In this document: positions 22,779 through 37,702 of the stretch, one piece after another
How the letters are laid out: every line of letters starts with the position of its first letter
Position numbering within the stretch: the first letter of the stretch is position 1
NCBI GenBank assembly: GCA_046563655.1
Contig: CM102284.1
Location: 3,906,001-3,970,000 of the forward strand
Source: Yuukianura sp. NJ FZ-2021
Lineage: Eukaryota
Reading direction: 5' to 3'
DNA: 64,000 bases
Made by a program: the position numbers and the translations under genes
Notes under the pieces: model-generated
Seen by the model: the letters and a program-made list of their open reading frames with translations, nothing else
Databases searched by the model: none
What the model was told of the DNA's origin: nothing

Positions 22779-25700
22779 TTGTTAAGTTTTTGGTTTGTGA
22801 GAAAGTTTGACAAGGAGGATGATGGATGGCAGGGATCCCTTGAAGGGCCCATAATGATCCAATCCAAGTGACGGAAACGCCGGATTTTTTGGGAAATTGA
22901 AGGTTTGAAACTGTGTACATACAATTTTCAACCCCATCGCAAACGTCCCCCGTCTCCTTTAATTGTTCCCTTCAACAAATTAGCCAACAAAAAACCAACA
23001 CGGCACACCAATCATTATTGGAGAAAATTTCTCCAAGGGTCCTCTGTTAGGTTAGTCCAGGATCCCTTATTCTGGATTCTGGAAGGTAAAGGAACAGGGG
23101 GCCCTTGGAAACTGTATTATGATGAACTTTGACAACGTAATGGCATACATCCCATGTTTTTCCAAGGCCAAAGACCTCATCATCAAAGCATTCACTTTCA
23201 TCAACCCAAAAAAGAGGAATCAAGGGCCCCCTTCCACAATTAGAAAAAATCTACTACCCTTGTATTGGCTTCTGTTTTGAAATTTTAACCAAAAATTTGA
23301 AAGTTTAACCAGCACTATTTTGTGCGGAAATTAGATTTTTCAAGTTAGGTTTTAATCTTTAAAATTGGCTTTTTAGTCAATTTTGACTTAATAACAGCCT
23401 ACATTTACTTTTTTCTTGTTTAGTGTCTCCCATTAACCTTTAGGTGTTTGATTTATGAAATTTGATACACAGGATGAATCGTTTTGAAAATTTAAATCTT
23501 ACACCAAAAGTGTTTAATTATAAGGTAAGGTTTGGCTGGTGTAATTTGGAACCATTAGACACTGGGAGGTCAAAATTCAAAAGATTCAAACAGAATTCAA
23601 AGGGGGTAAGTGGAGTAGCCTCATTGATTTCCATTGTCTTCCCACAATCATTTTCCGGTCGTTAGACGGTAGTCGTAAAAAGAAATCGTTTCTAAGCAAC
23701 TCAGCGTCTAACGGAAGAAACAAAAGAATCCAGTCGTCGGCAGTTGAAAGTAGAAGCGTTTTCATATTGATGCTGACGAAGATGAATCAGCAGACATTTG
23801 ATCCACTTCTTTACACCGTGAAATTGTTCACTTTCCTCATCATTTCCTACAGTCTGATTAAGACACAAGATTAACGGGAATCTTGACTCATGACACAAAG
23901 CTCAAAGGATTACAAACTTCTCTTTCAAATTTAGAAAGTTTCGAATCTTTTTCATTTGAAAGTTTTTTTTCTAAATTTTTTTTTCTAAATCTTGGGCTGT
24001 TTTTGTTTTTTCCGACTTCTTCATTTACTTGAGGCGGAAGTGGAGCAGTTGCGCAGACAAATGTACTTCCTGAAGGTGTTGTTGACTAAGAAGATGAGAA
24101 TTTTTGTAAAGAAAAGCTTTGTACTTTTCATAAGGAAGCCCTGCACCTGGAGAGGGCCCTTCAGGAAGTACTTAATATGCTACCTTCACCGCCTGACGCA
24201 CGCTTCTGACAGGCTTTTTCCTTCCCGCTTCCAGATTTCATCAAACAATGAAACCACTTTAAACGAAAGTTTTCGAAATTTAAAAATTTTAGATTATGAC
24301 GAAATGCAAGTTTCTTTTTTATGTTTTTGGTTTTTCAGAAACAAAAAAAGTGGAGAAATGACAAACGACAGCGGGAAGATTGTGTGAAAGTGACACCGGA
24401 GCTTGACGCAGTGCATCCCGCAGCTACTTATCCTTCATCTACGCACCCCTCCTGCGTCTCGTCCACACAATTTGGAATTGTCAACGCAAGTGACACTTTT
24501 CTGAAAGGGGGATGTCTTATTACAGCCACAACTTGGACATGAGGTCATTCATCTTCTGCTTCTGCTTACCAAATGACCCCGGGGTCAAATGAGATCAAAC
24601 CATACCGGTTTTTGATACAAGGCTCTGTTAAAAAATCTTCAAAGCTTCTGCTAGATTCTCAAAAAATTAACTTCTCTGGATTCTTTTTGTTTTACGATTT
24701 TATCCAGACTCATAATTCAAAAAACTTCTGAAAATTCTGGTTGATGATGTAACCGCAACTGGAAATGGAATTCACCAGGCCCTTAAACCTTCCAAGGGCC
24801 CCTGCAGAAGCCTGCTGCGACCGAAGTACTTTGGACCTTGAAATAAAATTTTGGATTTAGATGTCAACCTGTTCACTTGTTACCACAAAGTATGCACAAA
24901 GTTACATGCACTTTTACGACGACTGCGAAAGACTGTGGAGTTTAAGGGCTCCCAACCAATAGTTGTTGTCGTAACTGCTCCTTGGCATGCTGTTTTAATT
25001 AATTTTGTTTCTAAGGAGACTTTTAGTGGAGACCCTTGTCTGACTTTTGACATGACAGTGACCCTTGACACGTACTTAGGAGTCCCTTGTAACTAAATAT
25101 CTGTTGATCACGTATGGACAGTTTACGAATGGCAGAGTGCATTCATCTTACCAGTTTCCAGTCGGCGACACATCTCTTCTCGTATATTTTTCACTTTGCA
25201 TCTATTTTTTTCAAGGAATTTGACGCATGTGGAGGAAGACGCAAGTTGATGCGTTAATTAATGGGTAGGTTCTAATCACAGATGAAATTGTTTACACTCG
25301 ACTGTGCATGATGCATGCACAAAAGTGTTGTACAGAAACAAAGGATCTAATCGAGACAATGGCAGGAGACAGTGGGATTGCATGCAAAAATGTTGAAATT
25401 CAAGTGGATTTCCTCCTTTTGTGTCCATTTACTACAGGAGCCCTTCAGCATCTTGTCTTTTTCTTACCTGTTCAAATTAAGAAAAAAGTTTTCTGTAAAA
25501 AGAAGCCCTTAAGGGCCCTATGTGAATTCTTTTTGCGTGTGCCGTCAGTGTTGGGTCTTAATTGGTGGGGAGGGAGGCGTTTCCTTTGAAATTGAGATCA
25601 GGTCCTCCTCCTGTGCGTAATCAACATTGCGTGAATTGGCAAACGAATCGAACATTTGGATCAAGCGGAAAAGACGGCTCCCTTGATCACTCCAAGACTT

Positions 25701-28700
25701 TACATTTTTTCACAAGTTGAATTTACGGATTTACATTTTTACGAGATTTAAAAAGTCGACGCTTTGTTTTAACTTTGGTGAGAAAAAAAGTGGAACTATT
25801 GACGTTTAGTGCTTTCGTCTACACAACTTAATTAAAGATGTCAATTATCTCTCAAAGATTTGTAATTCTGGTTAAGCTTCTCTGGAAAAAAAATAGGAAA
25901 AGTTTTTTGTCCTTAGCAATTTTGTGAAATCCAATTTCTTAGTTTAACATAATTTTGTCATGTAAGGTGCAAAATATCTACCAATTCTGTGTTAGTCTCT
26001 TCATTTACTTACCATTTCAAAAGATTTGAAATTTTGAAATTTTGTTCTTGTGTTTTTTTTTGAGAATTAAGAATCATTTCCAATTTGAGTTGATGAATCT
26101 CCAGGTAATTTGTGTATTTTTTGATGAAGTTGAACTTGTGAGCGTGTGTCTGATGATGATGCTTGGTTGTTTCCTTTTTGGTGTAAAGATGAAATCGTTG
26201 CCAAGTACATCCACCGTCTGTCGTTCCCTGTGCAAAAGGAGACTTAAGGCACCTGCCTCAGGTGCTTCCGGTGACCCTGCAACTACTACGCATTTGATGT
26301 CAATAACACCTAACCTCTGCGTCAGGTCACATTAGGTCAAATGTGGTGCACGTCAAGTCTAAAAGCTTATAATAAAACAAACTTCCTAGTTTCAGTGCCA
26401 GTCACATATTTCATTTTTGGATTCACCGCATAAGTGAAAGTGAAATCAGATTTCTTATGTCACCCTTAACGATAGGCGGCCAGAACTATGCTTTTCCGGG
26501 AATTTACTTTCCTTGTTCATTATACTGTGAAAAAAAAACCCAATAAAGTCTTTTCAATTTTGAATGCGAATGTCCATTAGTCATTAACCAAAAACTGTTT
26601 TCCTTTACTTCTTTTTGAATGAATTAAAAAAAACAATTTAATTAAAAATGCTATTGCACGTTCTCCTGACTTAACTATATTTGGACACAACTAAGAGCAT
26701 GTAGGAGAAACCGAAATAATTAGTATTTGGCAGCTAAGGTTAAAGAAGTTATAGTTTACAAAGAAGTTTATGCATTTTAATAGTAATGTAACAGCAGCCA
26801 CTACTGTACTGATGCAATTGAGACAATTTACGATTTAATATTAAATATATAGTTCAAGTTTTCGCGGTCGCTTGGCAGAGCCCTTAAACCTTCTCGATTC
26901 CGATTGACCGATGCCCTGTGCCTAGTGCTTTCTTCTCGTTGCTTAAGGTTCTGCCGCCAATTGTCGTAAATTATGGTGATTAGAAGCAGGGATCCAAATA
27001 GTAATGAACGAAGGGTTCCGCTTAATCAGGCTCCTCCACTTAAGTCCCCCTTTGCGAATCTCTACATGCTCAGTTAAGTGCAATAGCTTTAACCATTTTA
27101 GATTCATTTGTATGCACAACAGAGGTCAGACATGCACAGGGAGACTTGACTTTTATTGCAAGTACCTCCTACCGACTCCTTGCTACAATTCAGCATTTTT
27201 TCCTTTTAGTGAATCTGAAGACATAATTTTCATTTAAAACTGATTTGAGGGTTTAAGAATTTTCTAAATTCAAGTTGAAACTTAGAGTAAAGTGGAGATG
27301 CATGGGTCCTTGGCCTTGGATGATTGGGTGGACTTAATGATGTATTTGTGTCAGTCACCCTAACCTTAACTTCTGAACCTGAGAGCACCAAGGAGTCAAT
27401 TAAGGGGTCAGGCAAGGGTTCTAGAAATGATACAAACGAAGACGCTCCTTACAAAGCAATCTTCTGAAGGTGCAAAACTGTTTGGAACTCCTTGGGATCC
27501 GTTCCTTAATAGGCCATACATCATCTCAAGACTCATCTTCGGATCCCTAGGAATCTCCACAACCCTAACGTGAAATCTGAAGAGTCAAGTACTGCACATG
27601 ACCTAGGTCAAGGGACCCTTTGCCGCTCACAAGCACAACATCAGTCTCACAACTAATTGGTACGGGAGGTGGGACCCCATTTGTGGAAATGGATGAATCC
27701 AAAGTAATTACTTTCCTCAATCACCGAAATCACGGTAAGGGCCCCTGCCCTTACCAGATTTTTAGGTGCCCTTAAGTCAGGCGAGGTTACGGACCACAAA
27801 CTTTTCAAAATTAGTGCAAAAGTTGAAACGACTCAACTAAAAAATCAAAATCTTTCCACAGTCTCCGCATTTCCTGTTTATCTGTTTTGGTTTTTACGTT
27901 TTGAATGTTGTTTTGTGGTGATGAATGAAAGCCAAGGGCCCAACCCTTTCGGCACGCTCTTAATGAATTTGAAACCACAAAGCCTCCGAATCCTATTGTA
28001 GTTTTGTTGTTGAAATGGACAGTGGGTAAGTGGACTAACAAGATTCGAACAATGCTCATTTGTCAGTAAGCAATAATATCCTTCTGCTCATCATCATCCT
28101 CATTTTACTATCCACTTCACCCTAACAATATCCACCCTGGACTTATTATCATGTTCCGGTGGCGGGGAACAGGAAGGGCCTTTGGCCAAGGGTCCCCCGA
28201 CACCCTATGGGGTCCCTTTGAAAAATTAACTTTTCTGCCGATCCAACACAAAGGTTCAAAATGTTTTCCTAGTTATTGTGGTGTTCCGATTACAAATTCG
28301 AAATTGACTACCGAAATTTTTCATTTTTCGGAAAGTTGCAAAATATTTCAACTCAACAAATCATACTATGAAACTGGAAAAAACTAAATCCAAAATTTCC
28401 AAATGCTGTTTTTACAACGTTGCAATTCCAAGTGGCGTTTTAATAGTTTCCAGTTTTCCATTTCAGTATTTTTATAATAAAGAGTTCTTACTTAAAAACC
28501 ATGCTTGTTTATAATTTCTGAAAATAATGATGGCTAAAAACAAGGACGAGGGGGTTTCATTTTCCGGAAGCGAGAAGGGGGGTACTTAAGGGTGCCAGGT
28601 TGAAATCTAGTTTTGATTGTTTAGTGACGGATGAAAGCGGGACTGGAGGCTTCTGATTCATGATGAGGTGATAATTATATGGTCCTGTAGGCACGAACGG

Positions 28701-31102
28701 AATCAAAGGCCAAATGATCTGAGACAATTGGATCACTTTCACAAAATGACTTTTGTTACCAACTAGCATGGAAGATCCAACAAGGGCGGAGTTGCTCATA
28801 ATTCCAGTGTCTCAAAAAACAAACAAGATTCGTCTAATTTCTTCAACCCTTAAGGAATATCCAACTCTCTTGTGTCCAAGGGCTCTCTTTTTCTTAACCT
28901 TTCCTAAATAGTCTAATCACAGAGAGGAGACTTTAGAACTAACAATTGGATTCGGAATTTCTGAATCCCTTCATTTTCGGAGAATCAACTATGGTGAGGG
29001 TGCAAGAAACTAAAAAGTAAAATTTTAGTAAAAAAACTAAAATTTTGAAATTCCTCTCCTTCTTTTTTCTGGTTGTTGAACATAGTAAAGTGGAAGCGTT
29101 TAAGGTAGACACTTGTGTTGTTTTAAATCGTGTATTTTAGTAAACACTTTTGACATGGATTTATGTATGGTAGATGTCAGAGGTCCTTCTCATTACCACT
29201 CGTTGGAATTGATTTGATGGTGGAGGCCCTTAAGGACCTTGCATATTTAGGCAGCCTAAGGTAAATGATTCCTCTCTTAATGTTTTCTGACTTTCCACAA
29301 TGGAAATACAGGATGTCTGACATTGATGAAGTCAAAACTGCTTCTTAAGTATTCATTGAAAATCTACCTTGCTGTCCGTGATTACCTAGATCGTATCGTG
29401 GATTCAATGAATCCAACTCCTGCTTAATTCAACCACCAAGAAATATACGACTGACCTACATTCGTAGGATGCTGCAAATGGACACTTCTCATTATTCATG
29501 ACCACCGCGGAGGTACGAAGGTCCGTCTTGAATTCTAACTTTGGAAAAACTAACTTCAATTTGAGGTTTCTGCTTCCTTGATTGCTTCTGTTTAACTTTT
29601 TCAAAATTCAGAAAAAAACGAGATCTTGAACTGGTAAATTGTTCATGTTAAAGCTGGAGATGAGTCACGCGTCCCTAGAATCCTAATTGATTTCAACTCC
29701 GTTTCTATTGTGAGTTGAATTTGGTTCAGCTTGTCCATTGTTTTCACCGGAAACTGTCGTCGAAGTACCCTCTTGCAAGACCACCTGTAAATGCGTGGGT
29801 ACTTTTGGCACCCACAGCACCTTGAATCTAATCCAATAAGAACATAATGCCCTCCAAGGGCCCCCTCTTATTAGATTAGTTGTGTTGCAGAAGATTTGTA
29901 AGCTACAATTGTTCTTTTAGGCGAAGGAAGCCGGACGCTGGACACAAAGTGAAGTACCCATTGATCTGTGTTCGGAGGGCCCTTTGTGTCCGGCGGAGCT
30001 CAATTAGGGCTGCCCAGTGTGTCACTGCGGGTGGGATGAACTGAAAATAGCCCAACGTGTTTCCAATCTGATTGGTAGCATGTAGGGAACCAAAGGTCAT
30101 GGTGTTTTGGCTCATTTGATGAATACAATGGCTACCGCGCAGTAGCAGGTGAAAGGAGCCGTCAATAATCCAGAGATAATTCCGGCCTAAAGTAACCAAA
30201 ACCTTGGAAAAGTGGTTAATTCTAGGTTAGGCTAACCTAACTCTAAGTTTAGCCAAACTTAGAACATTTAACAACGTTCCAGCGGGTCCAACACTGGATC
30301 CGACGAGTCAATACCTAATTTATGACAAGTTAAAATTCAAACGCAGGCGTAAACAAGTTAATTCCTTCTTACTTTCACTTTGGACAAAGTCGTCATTGAG
30401 GTCGAGGTCGGCTTCAAAATTTTGAAAAATAATTTTACTTTCTAGGTCAATAAATAGGTTCATCTGAATTGCTGTTCTCGGTTTTAATTTGAGTTAAGAT
30501 TCCACCTTCTGGATTTTGGTGAAAAAGGGAACATTTTGAATTTTGATAGTAAAATTGTTGGCTTGCTGTTTTCGTTCGAATAGTGAGTTAAACTTTTTAG
30601 CTGGAATCAATTGGACATGAAGAAATTGCTTGGGAAAAGGGAAAAGTCGGAGATTGTTGTGTAGGAAGTCGTAATGAAGGGATGTTGGTGGTTTCGTGCC
30701 AAGGGCCCAGAGGAGCCTCAAGTCCCCTGATTCAGCAGAGATAAGTACCCTCAGAAGAACAATAGAAGTACAGGTAAGAAGATGCTCCTGCGGATGGGTT
30801 ACATAAAACAGGATCACCTATCATCAACTGACTTCAGTTACTCAGCCAGATCTCAACCAGAAACACTCCACGTACAAGGCAAAATTGTTCCACCAATCAA
30901 CAAAAATTTACCTCAAAGTTGCGTGATCTCAAATTTTTAAAACAACAGAGACAAAACTTATAGTGAAGGGATGTGCCCTTTCCCTCCAGGCCCTTAAATT
31001 TTTTACAAAGTTTTCAAATTGTGCTCAAAAACTTCCGTTTTCTAAACACGGCAGTGCCATAATTTACTGTTTTGGAAAAAAAATTGTGACCTTTGACCTC
31101 CA

Positions 31103-32048
31103 ATGTCTTCCGCGGCCGTAGTGACCATGCTTTCTCCCTCTCCAGCTTCAACTTCACGCGTCCAGTTCCTGAACCTTAGTACAGACAGTAATAGAAGGAA
31201 AGAGGACGCTGAATTTCAGAAAACAGAATTTCAGAAAATAGTTTATGAAATTTCGGCCAAAAATCGCTTGAGTGACATGTCGTCTTCAGATGGATTCGAC
31301 ACTCCCAGTCCCCTGTCAAGTCCACCGTCGTGCCACTCATCATCATCCATCGATTCCCAGTCCCACCTCCTCCAGCTCCACCGAACAAACACCAAGACAC
31401 TTCAGATGATGACCAAAGTATTGCATCAAATTAAGACTGAGCAGGAACTGATGGACGAAGGTGGAAAATCAACACTTAAAGAAAGACAGCAAAATTATTT
31501 TGGACTTTCGGAAGACGAAATGAGCAATTCCACTGAGAATCATCATTTCTGTGAAGATTCTGAACTTGACTGTGAGTCATTTCCGTCGGAATCAGGACGC
31601 ACGAGTGTCACACCTCCAATTAAGTCTTCCAAAACGAAGAAAAATTCCAAACCCACAAAAATCAGCAAGAAAAGAAACACGAGAGAGGTAAGTCTTCGTC
31701 GAAATTTTTCCCAAATTCATCTTTTGTAGTGCGTACTGTTTAAGTTTTGGGTTGATTCTAAATTTTGGATGCATGAGAAGCTATTTGCTTTGCTGTGGGG
31801 CGACCAGGTCAAAAGGTCAGCTAAAGTTCACAGGAATTTGTGCTTCATTTCAGGTTGCTCCCATAGTTCGACAGAAGCGTCGCCTTGCAGCGAATGCCCG
31901 GGAACGTCGCAGGATGGAAAATCTGAACGTGGCTTTTGACAAACTGCGAACCGTTCTGCCTTCGGATGCAGATCGTCAACTGTCCAAATTTGAAACGCTG
32001 CAAATGGCGCAACACTACATTGAACAACTCTACGAATTGCTACAGTAA
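31103..32048 (+). CDS. Atonal/amos-family bHLH transcription factor, isoform A (exons 31103-31687, 31854-32048)
   Basis: Ser-rich exon 1 ends GAG|GTAAGT (phase 0). Exon 2 encodes [24 protein letters not shown]...[16 protein letters not shown], the atonal-family bHLH signature. Confidence 0.88.
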
Positions 32049-32324
32049 TTAACACATTAACTTAAGCATAATTAACGAAATTAACAAGTCCAATAACTTG
32101 ACGCGAATGGTACCTACTAACGCCGCTCCAAAATTTAATTATGCTTTTAACTCAGTCTTGTTATCTAGAACTTAAAGTTTCAAGTTGAAGAAACGTGTCG
32201 TCTTTTTTCTTGTCTTTTTTGAGTTTTAAACTTTTTAATTTCCAATTTCCAAACTTTTTCTTTATGAATATTTTTAAGTTCAAAATTTCAGGTTTTGAAT
32301 TTTATTTTTGGTTTTGATGTTTAG

Positions 32325-32522
32325 GTAGCTCCCGTGGTAAGACAAAAACGACGCCTGGCTGCAAATGAGCGAGAGCGTCGCAGAATGCAAAATTTGAATG
32401 TCGCTTTCGACAAGTTACGCACAGTTCTACCGTCCATTGGTGCCGATCGTCAACTGTCCAAGTACGAAACGCTACAAATGGCACTCACCTACATTGCAGA
32501 ACTGGATCAACTTCTGCACTAA
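32325..32522 (+). CDS. Second, paralogous bHLH terminal exon (putative isoform B of the same gene)
   Basis: TTTAG acceptor, phase 0, [32 protein letters not shown]...[14 protein letters not shown], with its own stop codon. Confidence 0.8.
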   Translation, partial: VAPVVRQKRRLAANERERRRMQNLNVAFDKLRTVLPSIGADRQLSKYETLQMALTYIAELDQLLH

Positions 32523-35500
32523 AATTATTTAAGCAAAAGTCACATTTTATTTTATATTTTATACAAAAAGTGATTGTTTTTAGCTCAAAAGAGTGTTGAT
32601 TTCCAAAACTTAACTTTGTGTTCAACCCTAAAACAACAAAGTGTTCGCTCACCCAAGAATCTCTCAAATCTCAAACTTTTTATATAGTATTTTTAATTGT
32701 AATTATTATAATTACTTTAAACTCAAATGTCTGAGTTTACGTCTTCCTTATTCCAAAATTACGCTTAAAAATCTCCAAGTGCCTTTTCCTCAGCTACTAC
32801 AAGTTGAGAGTTGCTTAGTTATTAAAGTAATTAAGTGCTTCCCTGCTGCGATGAAGATGATCCAGAAGAACTTATTCTGTCTCAAATCAACGAACGCCCT
32901 ACTGGAGATCTCTTCCAGAGATCAAGACTTCCTCAGATGAAGATTATGGAGGAGGAAGCAGTTTTAGGCGGGAAATTGGAAAGTGGAACGTTTTTTGAAT
33001 TTGATTCCTCCTGACAGAGGTGTCTGAGATGAATTTTAAAAAGGGATTAATCGGGAAATGTAACTAATTAAGGCCCTACTACTTCCCTTGGGAGAATAAT
33101 CAAAGTCACCTTTAGAATCCAAGTGAAAGTGAAGGGCCCCTGCTCTTCCCAAGGGCCCTTAATTACAGGTCTAACTTATTTTTAAATTCACTTTCATTTA
33201 GACATCATCTGCTGAACACTCAAGTTCATCCTTCAGCACTTTCGGTTTTACCTTATGCAAACTTATTCAAAAAAATTTTAGATTCAAAATTTTCAAAATT
33301 GAACTTAAAAAACTTTTCACTGTTTGAAGGACTTTTCTGACCTAATTTTGTAAGCAGCGTGCTAAAATTTTAGACAAAAAATAATTGCCAATTGTAAACT
33401 TTGTACCTACACCTAGAAGCTTACATTTGAAAAGTATGAATTTGTGTTAGACTATATTAGCGAATGAGTAAATTTATGTTAAAATATATTAATTAGGATG
33501 AAGATTTAAGTTAAATTGAGTTGCTAGAACTAGGTTATAAAGTGAAGCACAATTAAGTTGATATTAATTTAATGTCCTTGTTGAACCTGTCGAATGCTCA
33601 TGTACTTTGAAAATAAAGTGATATGATTCCAGTTTCTAAAAAACATGACACAAGGAGCTCCTCGTGTTCACTCCCCATTTCATTTGTTCAAAAAAAGCAC
33701 AATAAATTAGAAAGGTGGAGCTGGACACTTAGACTTCGTTTTTTGGCTAAGGGACTTAAGGGCTCCAGCTCATTCCAGAGGAATTGAATTATAAAAAAGT
33801 AATAACAGACATTGCACTCCCTTTAATTAATCTTCTTCTTCAAGTCCCTTTGCGATGAAAACGTTTCCTCCGAAGATGGATTCATAAAGATGCAGAGATA
33901 GGGACCCTTGGAGTATGCAGGACCCCTTATGAATCAAAATCCAGGACCCTTTGTGTATAAGTGGACGTCCTCTCATAAAACAGATCATTATTTCCAAAAC
34001 ATTCAGAACGAGAATTGGAATAGAGCCATAATCGTTACTCATCTTCCAGAAAAGTTGGCTTTCTTAATGTTGAAAATTAAAGTTGAAGCAGAAAAGTTAG
34101 CGTTCAAGAAAATTAAAGCTGAAGTGGAAACATGCGATTTATTAAAATGCAAAAATAGATTAAACTTGACCATTTCATTAAGAGAGCAACTTGACCTCAT
34201 GTCAGGTCAAGTTGTTTGAAATTCTTTGAAGCAAAGTGTTTTTTTTTAATTTTCAGAAGTAGCATGCATCGCATGGAGTGAAATTGCGTCCAAGTCAAAC
34301 ATCCCCTGCTGCCAAGCCTGTCAGGATCCAACATGGTTCTTGACAGATTTAATTATGATGAGGATTTTAGAGCCGCGTGTTTTTTGGAAGAAAGCAATTA
34401 AGAGGGAGTGGAGAAATTAACAGGATTCACAGGTTTTTAACGAGAATGAAAACGAAAGTTTTCAAATTTAAGTTGAAAATGCCGCTTTTTCTATAAAGTT
34501 AGGATTAGTAGCATAACCTAACATGGTATAAGCCACTCCACGCAACAATAATCGTTAACAGTTAAAAAGAAGAACAGTCGTTCCAGGGAGGTTCGACCCA
34601 TCAAATACTTGCACTTTTTTTGAATCTCGAAACCTATTTGTCCAACTTACTTTTCAGTTTTTGAAAAAAAGTAGTTTTTGGACAAAAAATCAACTCGTTT
34701 CTATAAAAATCCAGAATGAGAACAACATTTCAGGAAAGTCCGCCTCCTAAATAAGGTTGTTAGGCTGTTTTCAAGTTTAAAGTTAGTGTATTTACTCGTT
34801 CATTTACACTTTGGTGGCAGTTGGGATGAATAATGCTTCGGTGGGATTGTGCAGAGGTTCCACCCAGTCAATTCAGTTTTAAGTTTGGTGGGTTCTGCTG
34901 CCTAAGTAATTTAGTTTTAGTTGTTTTGTTCTTATGGGAGGAGGCGGAGGGTGGGTCCGGTGGATGACAGAGGTCATCCCATAAATATGAATGAGATGCA
35001 GTAGAGGAGGGTAAACATTTGCTTTTACTATCAGATCAAACTCAGCTTAAAACCAAACTCAATTTAAACTCTGTTCTGAACAAATTAAGTTGTTTCAAAC
35101 AAAAAATTCTGATCTGACCAAAAAAAAATTTAGAGAAAATTGACCTCCGCCGAAGTTGTCTCAAACAGTGTAGTAAAGCTAAATTGAAATTGCTTAAAAA
35201 TTGGTCATAACGTTGTGCAAGGTCATAAGGTTACATAAATTGCCACCTCGAATGAACACTTATTTTTGAATTTTTTAAAACAAATTTTGAAAAAAGTGTA
35301 ATGTTGGACACAGAGACTCTGCTGCTGGTTGTCTGAGATTCACACCCGTCAGAACAACGGGCTAATTGACCAGGATTTATTATTCCGCCTGCGCAACTCT
35401 CGGCTCATTCCGTCTTCCGATCACGAACAAATTCAGGTCAGGTCAACAGCCATGTCAATACCCCTGCCTTCTCATTCCGATAAAAGAAACGTATAAACCT

Positions 35501-37702
35501 AACTTGTGCTTCCGACTTAACAAAACACGAATTTAGAAAAGACAGGTTTGAAGAAATTCTGGAAGCCTTGTCTTCTTTCTGGTCCACTGAAGATCCAAAT
35601 CCAGAGGTTTATTACCATGCCACTGGACGGTCACGTTCCAGTGGCTCCGCATTTAAATCCCTGCTTCTCTGCTCTGTTTTACAACATTGATTGTTCCTTT
35701 TGAGCAGGAACTGGAGGAGCCCTTAGAATTATTAGGAGGTCGCGGGGTCCCTTAAGGAACAAACAAGGTTCATTCTAAAAAGCTGCTGGTTGTTCGGTCC
35801 AATTGTTCGTCTGAGAGTAACAAATTGAATTTGTTATTCAACCTGCGTCTGAACAACTCTCTTCCACAGGAACTAAATTTAATCATGATCATTTTATTGT
35901 CTCCCACAGATTCTGGAATTAGGTCACCTACATACTCCAATCACCTGCCCTTCTCCAGTGGAGGGAGTAACTACTCCCATTTCCAGTTTAAAAGAGACTA
36001 TAAAAATTTTCGAAATCATTACTCTATCGTACCGGTTCATTAAAATGTGCTTCTGCCCACTATTTCTTAAAAATTAAGTTTTGATGTCTGACACTTTAAT
36101 CGTGTTAAAAGAGGGAGGAGTAAAGTACAATTTGAAAGATCGAGTGATAGGAAGTTCATTTATTTGCAATTTGGTGTTACGGGTAGGTTAGCCTATGTTG
36201 AAATGAAAAATGTCTCAGCTTAATAATAAAGAAACACATAAAAATTGATGCATGTCTCGATTACGTTGTTCTGGATCCAGAAGTTTAATTAACGTTTGAG
36301 CATATCCATAGAAATTGTGCGTGTTATTGATGGCCTCAACAGTCTTTTTCTTATTGATGACCTCAACAGGTCATCTTCCTTATGCTCCTTCGGTGCGCAG
36401 AAATTAACAATATTTTTTCAGTTTCATGTTGTTAGGCCATAGTCATAAAATAGGTTTTGAAATAGCACTGGCTTTGAACCGCCGCGGTGCTTCTGGTGCT
36501 TGGAAACTAATGGGACTGGATTCTCTTCCAGTGTTTGACGACGAGTCAGCCTCTCACTCCAACTGAATAACTTTATTAACACAATTATTTCAAATTACAA
36601 CAAATTGTAGTTTTTTCTTTAAAAATAACTTTCTGTTTTGAAAATTCGTCCACTTCAAAAAACCCAAAGAGCAGTCCCATTGGTTGGTTGGTATTCTGTA
36701 ACGCTCGCTCAGTCACAAAATGACTTTTTCAATAATTAAGACTTTGGGTACACGGGGTAATACGGTTTGTAGTTCGGGTCAATTTTGAAAGAGTTTTGGG
36801 TCAAAAGCACTTTTGGTTTTGAATTGAAAACCGCAGAAAAGGAAATGTCTCAAAAGTGGTCATTAAAAGCTTCAGCTTCATGTTCGAACATTTTCTACGA
36901 TTGTAATCGCATCATCTCCGTAGTTTTTCAAAAGTCAATTCATGACCTCTGAAATTGTTACAGTTGAATCGATGATGTTCACTTTGTGCTTCTGGTCGGA
37001 AACAACACTTTTTAAAAAACTGAAAATCCATTTTGGGGGTTGGACCGAAATGGATTTTTTGAAGGGAGTAACAACGGAGAGTCTTAAAAAAAGAGTAATT
37101 GGGAAAGGGTTGATCCCTTTGTTTTACTTTTGAGGGAAAAAGAGGAAAATAGATTTTTTGAAAACCGAAAAAAAGTTAGGAAAGCTTCTGTCACGAAGTA
37201 CAAAGTGCTTGTAAGGTTCCTGGGAGGTCTGTAGTGTCCTCCCTTGCGTAAGAGCAGCCCTTTGTAGGTTTCTATTAATCTTCAATTACAGCCAGAATCA
37301 ATTGACCTTCCGAAAGCTTCAATTTCAACACACACCTCATCTTTTACCAACTTCGCTTTTCTTCAATTTTTCAAATTTCATTACGAACCACAACTCAAAT
37401 TGATTTTTTTTTGTCATTGCGACCTCAATTTTCAAACCAATTTGAGTGCCGACACGTGTATGAGCAATTTAAGGGAATTTCGGCTAAAAAAAATTGAAAA
37501 CTGAAAATTCGTATTGAGCAAAACTTCATAATGTGCATCTTCTGACTCAAAGCAATAAATGACACACGTAAGCAGAATACAGTGAAGCCGAGTTACTATA
37601 TTTTTCAACTTTTCTTTGTTACTTATGCGTTGCCGATGCTCCAAAAAATCTCCAACTTTTAACTGCTGAAAACTGTACAGTTTCCGAATCTAGAATTCAT
37701 TC

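Noticed and set aside
22352-30817. Short ORFs (60-130 aa) across the gene-poor region, and likewise 32641-41617
   Set aside because: No domains, no consistent exon chains, mostly non-ATG starts; consistent with chance ORFs.
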